From the NCBI GenBank assembly GCA_964057225.1, contig OZ059894.1:23684001-23748000 (forward strand): a stretch of DNA of 64,000 bases, given 5' to 3'. Within the stretch, counting starts at the first letter, position 1; the number at the start of each line of letters is the position of its first letter. This DNA comes from Auanema rhodensis (Eukaryota; Animalia; Nematoda). Under the pieces are notes generated by a model. It had not been told where the DNA came from. It searched no databases and saw nothing but the letters and a program-made list of their open reading frames with translations. Both the position numbers and the translations under genes were made by a program. This document shows positions 13,017 to 27,200 of the stretch, piece after piece.

Positions 13017-16000
13017 ATTAGTCTAAAAACAAATTTTTATTGATATTGGTGCATGGTAACCATGACTTTGAAATTTACGTGAACTTTAATTTATGCTAAT
13101 TAAATGTACACGTGATGTGCACTTGGTATGTAACTTGCTTCACGTGAAAGATAAAGAGATGCGGTTTTCAAAATTAGATTCCCCATGTCCATATTAGTCT
13201 AAAAACAAATTTTTATTGATATTGGTTCATGGTAACCATGACTTTGAAATTTACGTGAACTTTAATTTATGCTAATTAAATGTACACGTGATGTGCACTT
13301 GGTATGTAACTCGCTTCACGTGAAAGATAAAGAGATGCGGTTTTCAAAATTAGATTCCCCATGTCCATATTAGTCTAAAAACAAATTTTTATTGATATTG
13401 GTTCATGGTAACCATGTCTTTGAAATTTACGTGAACTTTAATTTATGCTAATTAAATGTACACGTGATGTGCACTTGGTATGTAACTCGCTTCACGTGAA
13501 AGATAAAAAGATGCGGTTTTCAAAATTAGATTCCCCATGTCCATATTAGTCTAAAAACAAATTTTTATTGATATTGGTTCATGGTAACCATGACTTTGAA
13601 ACTAACGTGAACTTTAATTTATGCTAATTAAATGTACACGTGATGTGCACTTGGTATGTAACTCGCTTCACGTGAAAGATAAAGAGATGCGGTTTTCAAA
13701 ATTAGATTCCCCATGTCCATATTAGTCTAAAAACAAATTTTTATTGATATTGGTTCATGGTAACCATGTCTTTGAAATTTACGTGAACTTTAATTTATGC
13801 TAATTAAATGTACACGTGATGTGCACTTGGTATGTAACTCGCTTCACGTGAAAGATAAAAAGATGCGGTTTTCAAAATTAGATTCCCCATGTCCATATTA
13901 GTCTAAAAACAAATTTTTATTGATATTGGTTCATGGTAACCATGACTTTGAAATTTACGTGAACTTTAATTTATGCTAATTAAATGTACACGTGATGTGC
14001 ACTTGGTATGTAACTCGCTTCACGTGAAAGATAAAGAGATGCGGTTTTCAAAATTAGATTCCCCATGTCCATATTAGTCTAAAAACAAATTTTTATTGAT
14101 ATTGGTTCATGGTAACCATGACTTTGAAATTTACGTGAACTTTAATTTATGCTAATTAAATGTACACGTGATGTGCACTTGGTATGTAACTCGCTTCACG
14201 TGAAAGATAAAGAGATGCGGTTTTCAAAATTAGATTCCCCATGTCCATATTAGTCTAAAAACAAATTTTTATTGATATTGGTGCATGGTAACCATGACTT
14301 TGAAATTTACGTGAACTTTAATTTATGCTAATTAAATGTACACGTGATGTGCACTTGGTATGTAACTTGCTTCACGTGAAAGAAAAGAGATGCGGTTTTC
14401 AAAATTAGATTCCCCATGTCCATATTAGTCTAAAAACAAATTTTTATTGATATTGGTTCATGGTAACCATGACTTTGAAACTTACGTGAACTTTAATTTA
14501 TGCTAATTAAATGTACACGTGATGTGCACTTGGTATGTAACTCGCTTCACGTGAAAGATAAAGAGATGCGGTTTTCAAAATTAGATTCCCCATGTCCATA
14601 TTAGTTTAAACAAACTTTTATTGTTATTGGTTCAAGGTAACCATGACTTTGAATTTTACGTGAACTTTAATTTATGCTAATTAAATGTACACGTGATGTG
14701 CACTTGGTATGTAACTCGCTTCACGTGAAAGATAAAGAGATGCGGTTTTCAAAATTAGATTCCCCATGTCCATATTAGTCTAAAAACAAATTTTTATTGA
14801 TATTGGTGCATGGTAACCATGACTTTGAAATTTACGTGAACTTTAATTTATGCTAATTAAATGTACACGTGATGTGCACTTGGTATGTAACTTGCTTCAC
14901 GTGAAAGATAAAGAGATGCGGTTTTCAAAATTAGATTCCCCATGTCCATATTAGTCTAAAAACAAATTTTTATTGATATTGGTTCATGGTAACCATGAGT
15001 TTGAAACTTACGTGAACTTTAATTTATGCTAATTAAATGTACACGTGATGTGCACTTGGTATGTAACTCGCTTCACGTGAAAGATAAAGAGATGCGGTTT
15101 TCAAAATTAGATTCCCCATGTCCATATTAGTTTAAACAAACTTTTATTGTTATTGGTTCAAGGTAACCATGACTTTGAATTTTACGTGAACTTTAATTTA
15201 TGCTAATTAAATGTACACGTGATGTGCACTTGGTATGTAACTCGCTTCACGTGAAAGATAAAGAGATGCGGTTTTCAAAATTAGATTCCCCATGTCCATA
15301 TTAGTCTAAAAACAAATTTTTATTGATATTGGTTCATGGTAACCATGACTTTGAAATTTACGTGAACTTTAATTTATGCTAATTAAATGTACACGTGATG
15401 TGCACTTGGTATGTAACTCGCTTCACGTGAAAGATAAAGAGATGCGGTTTTCAAAATTAGATTCCCCATGTCTATATTAGTCTAAAAACAAATTTTTATT
15501 GATATTGGTTCATGGTAACCATGACTTTGAAATTTACGTGAACTTTAATTTATGCTAATTAAATGTACACGTGATGTGCACTTGGTATGTAACTCGCTTC
15601 ACGTGAAAGATAAAGAGATGCGGTTTTCAAAATTAGATTCCCCATGTCCATATTAGTCTAAAAACAAATTTGTATTGATATTGGTTCATGGTAACCATGT
15701 CTTTGAAATTTACGTGAACTTTAATTTATGCTAATTAAATGTACACGTGATGTGCTCTTGGTATGTAACTCGCTTCACGTGAAAGATAAAAAGATGCGGT
15801 TTTCAAAATTAGATTCCCCATGTCCATATTAGTCTAAAAACAAATTTTTATTGATATTGGTTCATGGTAACCATGACTTTGAAATTTACGTGAACTTTAA
15901 TTTATGCTAATTAAATGTACACGTGATGTGCACTTGGTATGTAACTCGCTTCACGTGAAAGATAAAGAGATGCGGTTTTCAAAATTAGATTCCCCATGTC

Positions 16001-19000
16001 CATATTAGTCTAAAAACAAATTTTTATTGATATTGGTTCATGGTAACCATGACTTTGAAATTTACGTGAACTTTAATTTATGCTAATTAAATGTACACGT
16101 GATGTGCACTTGGTATGTAACTCGCTTCACGTGAAAGATAAAGAGATGCGGTTTTCAAAATTAGATTCCCCATGTCCATATTAGTCTAAAAACAAATTTT
16201 TATTGATATTGGTTCATGGTAACCATGACTTTGAAATTTACGTGAACTTTAATTTATGCTAATTAAATGTACACGTGATGTGCACTTGGTATGTAACTCG
16301 CTTCACGTGAAAGATAAAGAGATGCGGTTTTCAAAATTAGATTCCCCATGTCCATATTAGTCTAAAAACAAATTTTTATTGATATTGGTGCATGGTAACC
16401 ATGACTTTGAAATTTACGTGAACTTTAATTTATGCTAATTAAATGTACACGTGATGTGCACTTGGTATGTAACTTGCTTCACGTGAAAGATAAAGAGATG
16501 CGGTTTTCAAAATTAGATTCCCCATGTCCATATTAGTCTAAAAACAAATTTTTATTGATATTGGTTCATGGTAACCATGACTTTGAAATTTACGTGAACT
16601 TTAATTTATGCTAATTAAATGTACACGTGATGTGCACTTGGTATGTAACTCGCTTCACGTGAAAGATAAAGAGATGCGGTTTTCAAAATTAGATTCCCCA
16701 TGTCCATATTAGTCTAAAAACAAATTTTTATTGATATTGGTTCATGGTAACCATGTCTTTGAAATTTACGTGAACTTTAATTTATGCTAATTAAATGTAC
16801 ACGTGATGTGCACTTGGTATGTAACTCGCTTCACGTGAAAGATAAAAAGATGCGGTTTTCAAAATTAGATTCCCCATGTCCATATTAGTCTAAAAACAAA
16901 TTTTTATTGATATTGGTTCATGGTAACCATGACTTTGAAACTAACGTGAACTTTAATTTATGCTAATTAAATGTACACGTGATGTGCACTTGGTATGTAA
17001 CTCGCTTCACGTGAAAGATAAAGAGATGCGGTTTTCAAAATTAGATTCCCCATGTCCATATTAGTCTAAAAACAAATTTTTATTGATATTGGTTCATGGT
17101 AACCATGTCTTTGAAATTTACGTGAACTTTAATTTATGCTAATTAAATGTACACGTGATGTGCACTTGGTATGTAACTCGCTTCACGTGAAAGATAAAAA
17201 GATGCGGTTTTCAAAATTAGATTCCCCATGTCCATATTAGTCTAAAAACAAATTTTTATTGATATTGGTTCATGGTAACCATGACTTTGAAATTTACGTG
17301 AACTTTAATTTATGCTAATTAAATGTACACGTGATGTGCACTTGGTATGTAACTCGCTTCACGTGAAAGATAAAGAGATGCGGTTTTCAAAATTAGATTC
17401 CCCATGTCCATATTAGTCTAAAAACAAATTTTTATTGATATTGGTTCATGGTAACCATGACTTTGAAATTTACGTGAACTTTAATTTATGCTAATTAAAT
17501 GTACACGTGATGTGCACTTGGTATGTAACTCGCTTCACGTGAAAGATAAAGAGATGCGGTTTTCAAAATTAGATTCCCCATGTCCATATTAGTCTAAAAA
17601 CAAATTTTTATTGATATTGGTGCATGGTAACCATGACTTTGAAATTTACGTGAACTTTAATTTATGCTAATTAAATGTACACGTGATGTGCACTTGGTAT
17701 GTAACTTGCTTCACGTGAAAGATAAAGAGATGCGGTTTTCAAAATTAGATTCCCCATGTCCATATTAGTCTAAAAACAAATTTTTATTGATATTGGTTCA
17801 TGGTAACCATGACTTTGAAACTTACGTGAACTTTAATTTATGCTAATTAAATGTACACGTGATGTGCACTTGGTATGTAACTCGCTTCACGTGAAAGATA
17901 AAGAGATGCGGTTTTCAAAATTAGATTCCCCATGTCCATATTAGTTTAAACAAACTTTTATTGTTATTGGTTCAAGGTAACCATGACTTTGAATTTTACG
18001 TGAACTTTAATTTATGCTAATTAAATGTACACGTGATGTGCACTTGGTATGTAACTCGCTTCACGTGAAAGATAAAGAGATGCGGTTTTCAAAATTAGAT
18101 TCCCCATGTCCATATTAGTCTAAAAACAAATTTTTATTGATATTGGTTCATGGTAACCATGACTTTGAAATTTACGTGAACTTTAATTTATGCTAATTAA
18201 ATGTACACGTGATGTGCACTTGGTATGTAACTCGCTTCACGTGAAAGATAAAGAGATGCGGTTTTCAAAATTAGATTCCCCATGTCTATATTAGTCTAAA
18301 AACAAATTTTTATTGATATTGGTTCATGGTAACCATGACTTTGAAATTTACGTGAACTTTAATTTATGCTAATTAAATGTACACGTGATGTGCACTTGGT
18401 ATGTAACTCGCTTCACGTGAAAGATAAAGAGATGCGGTTTTCAAAATTAGATTCCCCATGTCCATATTAGTCTAAAAACAAATTTGTATTGATATTGGTT
18501 CATGGTAACCATGTCTTTGAAATTTACGTGAACTTTAATTTATGCTAATTAAATGTACACGTGATGTGCTCTTGGTATGTAACTCGCTTCACGTGAAAGA
18601 TAAAAAGATGCGGTTTTCAAAATTAGATTCCCCATGTCCATATTAGTCTAAAAACAAATTTTTATTGATATTGGTTCATGGTAACCATGACTTTGAAATT
18701 TACGTGAACTTTAATTTATGCTAATTAAATGTACACGTGATGTGCACTTGGTATGTAACTCGCTTCACGTGAAAGATAAAGAGATGCGGTTTTCAAAATT
18801 AGATTCCCCATGTCCATATTAGTCTAAAAACAAATTTTTATTGATATTGGTTCATGGTAACCATGACTTTGAAATTTACGTGAACTTTAATTTATGCTAA
18901 TTAAATGTACACGTGATGTGCACTTGGTATGTAACTCGCTTCACGTGAAAGATAAAGAGATGCGGTTTTCAAAATTAGATTCCCCATGTCCATATTAGTC

Positions 19001-22000
19001 TAAAAACAAATTTTTATTGATATTGGTGCATGGTAACCATGACTTTGAAATTTACGTGAACTTTAATTTATGCTAATTAAATGTACACGTGATGTGCACT
19101 TGGTATGTAACTTGCTTCACGTGAAAGATAAAGAGATGCGGTTTTCAAAATTAGATTCCCCATGTCCATATTAGTCTAAAAACAAATTTTTATTGATATT
19201 GGTTCATGGTAACCATGACTTTGAAACTTACGTGAACTTTAATTTATGCTAATTAAATGTACACGTGATGTGCACTTGGTATGTAACTCGCTTCACGTGA
19301 AAGATAAAGAGATGCGGTTTTCAAAATTAGATTCCCCATGTTCATATTAGTCTAAAAACAAATTTTTATTGATATTGGTGCATGGTAACCATGACTTTGA
19401 AATTTACGTGAACTTTAATTTATGCTAATTAAATGTACACGTGATGTGCACTTGGTATGTAACTCGCTTCACGTGAAAGATAAAGAGATGCGGTTTTCAA
19501 AATTAGATTCCCCATGTCCATATTAGTCTAAAAACAAATTTTTATTGTTATTGGTTCATGGTAACCATGACTTTGAAATTTACGTGAACTTTAATTTATG
19601 CTAATTAAATGTACACGTGATGTGCACTTGGTATGTAACTCGCTTCACGTGAAAGATAAAGAGATGCGGTTTTCAAAATTAGATTCCCCATGTCCATATT
19701 AGTCTAAAAACAAATTTTTATTGATATTGGTTCATGGTAACCATGTCTTTGAAATTTACGTGAACTTTAATTTATGCTAATTAAATGTACACGTGATGTG
19801 CACTTGGTATGTGACTCGCTTCACGTGAAAGATAAAGAGATGCGGTTTTCAAAATTAGATTCCCCATGTCCATATTAGTCTAAAAACAAATTTTTATTGA
19901 TATTGGTTCATGGTAACCATGACTTTGAAATTTACGTGAACTTTAATTTATGCTAATTAAATGTACACGTGATGTGCACTTGGTATGTAACTCGCTTCAC
20001 GTGAAAGATAAAGAGATGCGGTTTTCAAAATTAGATTCCCCATGTCCATATTAGTTTAAACAAACTTTTATTGTTATTGGTTCAAGGTAACCATGACTTT
20101 GAATTTTACGTGAACTTTAATTTATGCTAATTAAATGTACACGTGATGTGCACTTGGTATGTAACTCGCTTCACGTGAAAGATAAAGAGATGCGGTTTTC
20201 AAAATTAGATTCCCCATGTCCATATTAGTCTAAAAACAAATTTTTATTGATATTGGTTCATGGTAACCATGACTTTGAAATTTACGTGAACTTTAATTTA
20301 TGCTAATTAAATGTACACGTGATGTGCACTTGGTATGTAACTCGCTTCACGTGAAAGATAAAGAGATGCGGTTTTCAAAATTAGATTCCCCATGTCCATA
20401 TTAGTCTAAAAACAAATTTTTATTGATATTGGTTCATGGTAACCATGACTTTGAAATTTACGTGAACTTTAATTTATGCTAATTAAATGTACACGTGATG
20501 TGCACTTGGTATGTAACTCGCTTCACGTGAAAGATAAAGAGATGCGGTTTTCAAAATTAGATTCCCCATGTCCATATTAGTCTAAAAACAAATTTTTATT
20601 GATATTGGTTCATGGTAACCATGACTTTGAAATTTACGTGAACTTTAATTTATGCTAATTAAATGTACACGTGATGTGCACTTGGTATGTAACTCGCTTC
20701 ACGTGAAAGATAAAGAGATGCGGTTTTCAAAATTAGATTCCCCATGTCCATATTAGTCTAAAAACAAATTTTTATTGATATTGGTTCATGGTAACCATGA
20801 CTTTGAAATTTACGTGAACTTTAATTTATGCTAATTAAATGTACACGTGATGTGCACTTGGTATGTAACTCGCTTCACGTGAAAGATAAAGAGATGCGGT
20901 TTTCGAAATTAGATTCCCCATGTCCATATTAGTCTAAAAACAAATTTTTATTGTTATTGGTTCATGGTAACCATGACTTTGAAATTTACGTGAACTTTAA
21001 TTTATGCTAATTAAATGTACACGTGATGTGCACTTGGTATGTAACTCGCTTCACGTGAAAGATAAAGTGATGCGGTTTTCAAAATTAGATTCCCCATGTC
21101 CATATTAGTTTAAACAAACTTTTATTGTTATTGGTTCAAGGTAACCATGACTTTGAATTTTACGTGAACTTTAATTTATGCTAATTAAATGTACACGTGA
21201 TGTGCACTTGGTATGTAACTCGCTTCACGTGAAAGATAAAGAGATGCGGTTTTCAAAATTAGATTCCCCATGTCCATATTAGTCTAAAAACAAATTTTTA
21301 TTGATATTGGTTCATGGTAACCATGACTTTGAAATTTACGTGAACTTTAATTTATGCTAATTAAATGTACACGTGATGTGCACTTGGTATGTAACTCGCT
21401 TCACGTGAAAGATAAAGAGATGCGATTTTCAAAATTAGATTCCCCATGTCTATATTAGTCTAAAAACAAATTTTTATTGATATTGGTTCATGGTAACCAT
21501 GACTTTGAAATTTACGTGAACTTTAATTTATGCTAATTAAATGTACACGTGATGTGCACTTGGTATGTAACTCGCTTCACGTGAAAGATAAAGAGATGCG
21601 GTTTTCAAAATTAGATTCCCCATGTCCATATTAGTCTAAAAACAAATTTTTATTGATATTGGTTCATGGTAACCATGTCTTTGAAATTTACGTGAACTTT
21701 AATTTATGCTAATTAAATGTACACGTGATGTGCACTTGGTATGTAACTCGCTTCACGTGAAAGATAAAGAGATGCGGTTTTCAAAATTAGATTCCCCATG
21801 TCCATATTAGTCTAAAAACAAATTTTTATTGATATTGGTTCATGGTAACCATGACTTTGAAATTTACGTGAACTTTAATTTATGCTAATTAAATGTACAC
21901 GTGATGTGCACTTGGTATGTAACTCGCTTCACGTGAAAGATAAAGAGATGCGGTTTTCAAAATTAGATTCCCCATGTCCATATTAGTCTAAAAACAAATT

Positions 22001-22509
22001 TTTATTGATATTGGTTCATGGTAACCATGACTTTGAAATTTACGTGAACTTTAATTTATGCTAACTAAATGTACACGTGATGTGCACTTGGTATGTAACT
22101 CGCTTCACGTGAAAGATAAAGAGATGCGGTTTTCAAAATTAGATTCCCCATGTCCATATTAGTCTAAAAACAAATTTTTATTGATATTGGTTCATGGTAA
22201 CCATGACTTTGAAATTTACGTGAACTTTAATTTATGCTAATTAAATGTACACGTGATGGGCACTTGGTATGTAACTCGCTTCACGTGAAAGATAAAGAGA
22301 TGCGGTTTTCAAAATTAGATTCCCCATGTCCATATTAGTCTAAAAACAAATTTTTATTGATATTGGTTCATGGTAACCATGACTTTGAAATTTACGTGAA
22401 CTTTAATTTATGCTAATTAAATGTACACGTGATGTGCACTTGGTATGTAACTCGCTTCACGTGAAAGATAAAGAGATGCGGTTTTCAAAATTAGATTCCC
22501 CATGTCCAT

Positions 22510-24269
22510 ATTAGTCTAAAAACAAATTTTTATTGATATTGGTTCATGGTAACCATGACTTTGAAATTTACGTGAACTTTAATTTATGCTAACTAAATGT
22601 ACACGTGATGTGCACTTGGTATGTAACTCGCTTCACGTGAAAGATAAAGAGATGCGGTTTTCAAAATTAGATTCCCCATGTCCATATTAGTCTAAAAACA
22701 AATTTTTATTGATATTGGTGCATGGTAACCATGACTTTGAAATTTACGTGAACTTTAATTTATGCTAATTAAATGTACACGTGATGTGCACTTGGTATGT
22801 AACTTGCTTCACGTGAAAGATAAAGAGATGCGGTTTTCAAAATTAGATTCCCCATGTCCATATTAGTCTAAAAACAAATTTTTTTTGTTATTGGTTCATG
22901 GTAACCATGACTTTGAAATTTACGTGAACTTTAATTTATGCTAATTAAATGTACACGTGATGTGCACTTGGTATGTAACTCGCTTCACGTGAAAGATAAA
23001 GAGATGCGGTTTTCAAAATTAGATTCCCCATGTCCATATTAGTCTAAAAACAAATTTTTATTGTTATTGGTTCATGGTAACCATGACTTTGAAATTTACG
23101 TGAACTTTAATTTATGCTAATTAAATGTACACGTGATGTGCACTTGGTATGTAACTCGCTTCACGTGAAAGATAAAGAGATGCGGTTTTCAAAATTAGAT
23201 TCCCCATGTCTATATTAGTCTAAAAACAAATGTTTATTGATATTGGTTCATGGTAACCATGACTTTGAAATTTACGTGAACTTTAATTTATGCTAATTAA
23301 ATGTACACGTGATGTGCACTTGGTATGTAACTCGCTTCACGTGAAAGATAAAGAAATGCGGTTTCCAAAATTAGATTCCCCATGTCCATATTAGTCTAAA
23401 AACAAATTTTTATTGATATTGGTTCATGGTAACCATGACTTTGAAATTTACGTGAACTTTAATTTATGCTAACTAAATGTACACGTGATGTGCACTTGGT
23501 ATGTAACTCGCTTCACGTGAAAGATAAAGAGATGCGGTTTTCAAAATTAGATTCCCCATGTCCATATTAGTCTAAAAACAAATTTTTATTGATATTGGTG
23601 CATGGTAACCATGACTTTGAAATTTACGTGAACTTTAATTTATGCTAATTAAATGTACACGTGATGTGCACTTGGTATGTAACTTGCTTCACGTGAAAGA
23701 TAAAGAGATGCGGTTTTCAAAATTAGATTCCCCATGTCCATATTAGTCTAAAAACAAATTTTTTTTGTTATTGGTTCATGGTAACCATGACTTTGAAATT
23801 TACGTGAACTTTAATTTATGCTAATTAAATGTACACGTGATGTGCACTTGGTATGTAACTCGCTTCACGTGAAAGATAAAGAGATGCGGTTTTCAAAATT
23901 AGATTCCCCATGTCCATATTAGTCTAAAAACAAATTTTTATTGTTATTGGTTCATGGTAACCATGACTTTGAAATTTACGTGAACTTTAATTTATGCTAA
24001 TTAAATGTACACGTGATGTGCACTTGGTATGTAACTCGCTTCACGTGAAAGATAAAGAGATGCGGTTTTCAAAATTAGATTCCCCATGTCTATATTAGTC
24101 TAAAAACAAATGTTTATTGATATTGGTTCATGGTAACCATGACTTTGAAATTTACGTGAACTTTAATTTATGCTAATTAAATGTACACGTGATGTGCACT
24201 TGGTATGTAACTCGCTTCACGTGAAAGATAAAGAAATGCGGTTTTCAAAATTAGATTCCCCATGTCCAT
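22510..24269. repeat. Higher-order repeat: tandem 5-mer (880-bp period), 2 copies
   Basis: [C84],[G35+T120],[T23+T27],[T27+T174],[G19+A142] at 22510-23389 and 23390-24269. The copies differ only by T152C in the first, as read by eye. Confidence 0.88.
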
Positions 24270-27200
24270 ATTAGTCTAAAAACAAATTTTTATTGATATT
24301 GGTTCATGGTAACCATGACTTTGAAATTTACGTGAACTTTAATTTATGCTAATTAAATGTACACGTGATGGGCACTTGGTATGTAACTCGCTTCACGTGA
24401 AAGATAAAGAGATGCGGTTTTCAAAATTAGATTCCCCATGTCCATATTAGTCTAAAAACAAATTTTTATTGATATTGGTTCATGGTAACCATGACTTTGA
24501 AATTTACGTGAACTTTAATTTATGCTAATTAAATGTACACGTGATGTGCACTTGGTATGTAACTCGCTTCACGTGAAAGATAAAGAGATGCGGTTTTCAA
24601 AATTAGATTCCCCATGTCCATATTAGTCTAAAAACAAATTTTTATTGATATTGGTTCATGGTAACCATGACTTTGAAATTTACGTGAACTTTAATTTATG
24701 CTAACTAAATGTACACGTGATGTGCACTTGGTATGTAACTCGCTTCACGTGAAAGATAAAGAGATGCGGTTTTCAAAATTAGATTCCCCATGTCCATATT
24801 AGTCTAAAAACAAATTTTTATTGATATTGGTGCATGGTAACCATGACTTTGAAATTTACGTGAACTTTAATTTATGCTAATTAAATGTACACGTGATGTG
24901 CACTTGGTATGTAACTTGCTTCACGTGAAAGATAAAGAGATGCGGTTTTCAAAATTAGATTCCCCATGTCCATATTAGTCTAAAAACAAATTTTTTTTGT
25001 TATTGGTTCATGGTAACCATGACTTTGAAATTTACGTGAACTTTAATTTATGCTAATTAAATGTACACGTGATGTGCACTTGGTATGTAACTCGCTTCAC
25101 GTGAAAGATAAAGAGATGCGGTTTTCAAAATTAGATTCCCCATGTCCATATTAGTCTAAAAACAAATTTTTATTGTTATTGGTTCATGGTAACCATGACT
25201 TTGAAATTTACGTGAACTTTAATTTATGCTAATTAAATGTACACGTGATGTGCACTTGGTATGTAACTCGCTTCACGTGAAAGATAAAGAGATGCGGTTT
25301 TCAAAATTAGATTCCCCATGTCTATATTAGTCTAAAAACAAATGTTTATTGATATTGGTTCATGGTAACCATGACTTTGAAATTTACGTGAACTTTAATT
25401 TATGCTAATTAAATGTACACGTGATGTGCACTTGGTATGTAACTCGCTTCACGTGAAAGATAAAGAGATGCGGTTTTCAAAATTAGATTCCCCATGTCCA
25501 TATTAGTCTAAAAACAAATTTTTATTGATATTGGTTCATGGTAACCATGTCTTTGAAATTTACGTGAACTTTAATTTATGCTAATTAAATGTACACGTGA
25601 TATGCACTTGGTATGTAACTCGCTTCACGTGAAAGATAAAGAGATGCGGTTTTCAAAATTAGATTCCCCATGTCCATATTAGTCTAAAAACAAATTTTTA
25701 TTGTTATTGGTTCATGGTAACCATGACTTTGAAATTTACGTGAACTTTAATTTATGCTAATTAAATGTACACGTGATATGCACTTGGTATGTAACTCGCT
25801 TCACGTGAAAGATAAAGAGATGCGGTTTTCAAAATTAGATTCCCCATGTCCATATTAGTCTAAAAACAAATTTTTATTGATATTGGTTCATGGTAACCAT
25901 GTCTTTGAAATTTACGTGAACTTTAATTTATGCTAATTAAATGTACACGTGATGTGCACTTGGTATGTGACTCGCTTCACGTGAAAGATAAAGAGATGCG
26001 GTTTTCAAAATTAGATTCCCCATGTCCATATTAGTCTAAAAACAAATTTTTATTGATATTGGTTCATGGTAACCATGACTTTGAAATTTACGTGAACTTT
26101 AATTTATGCTAATTAAATGTACACGTGATGTGCACTTGGTATGTGACTCGCTTCACGTGAAAGATAAAGAGATGCGGTTTTCAAAATTAGATTCCCCATG
26201 TCCATATTAGTCTAAAAACAAATTTTTATTGATATTGGTTCATGGTAACCATGACTTTGAAATTTACGTGAACTTTAATTTATGCTAATTAAATGTACAC
26301 GTGATGTGCACTTGGTATGTAACTCGCTTCACGTGAAAGATAAAGAGATGCGGTTTTCAAACTTAGATTCCCCATGTCCATATTAGTTTAAACAAACTTT
26401 TATTGTTATTGGTTCAAGGTAACCATGACTTTGAATTTTACGTGAACTTTAATTTATGCTAATTAAATGTACACGTGATGTGCACTTGGTATGTAACTCG
26501 CTTCACGTGAAAGATAAAGAGATGCGGTTTTCAAAATTAGATTCCCCATGTCCATATTAGTCTAAAAACAAATTTTTATTGATATTGGTTCATGGTAACC
26601 ATGACTTTGAAATTTACGTGAACTTTAATTTATGCTAATTAAATGTACACGTGATGTGCACTTGGTATGTAACTCGCTTCACGTGAAAGATAAAGAGATG
26701 CGGTTTTCAAAATTAGATTCCCCATGTCTATATTAGTCTAAAAACAAATTTTTATTGATATTGGTTCATGGTAACCATGACTTTGAAATTTACGTGAACT
26801 TTAATTTATGCTAATTAAATGTACACGTGATGTGCACTTGGTATGTAACTCGCTTCACGTGAAAGATAAAGAGATGCGGTTTTCAAAATTAGATTCCCCA
26901 TGTCCATATTAGTCTAAAAACAAATTTGTATTGATATTGGTTCATGGTAACCATGACTTTGAAATTTACGTGAACTTTAATTTATGCTAATTAAATGTAC
27001 ACGTGATGTGCACTTGGTATGTAACTCGCTTCACGTGAAAGATAAAGAGATGCGGTTTTCAAAATTAGATTCCCCATGTCCATATTAGTCTAAAAACAAA
27101 TTTTTATTGATATTGGTTCATGGTAACCATGTCTTTGAAATTTACGTGAACTTTAATTTATGCTAATTAAATGTACACGTGATATGCACTTGGTATGTAA

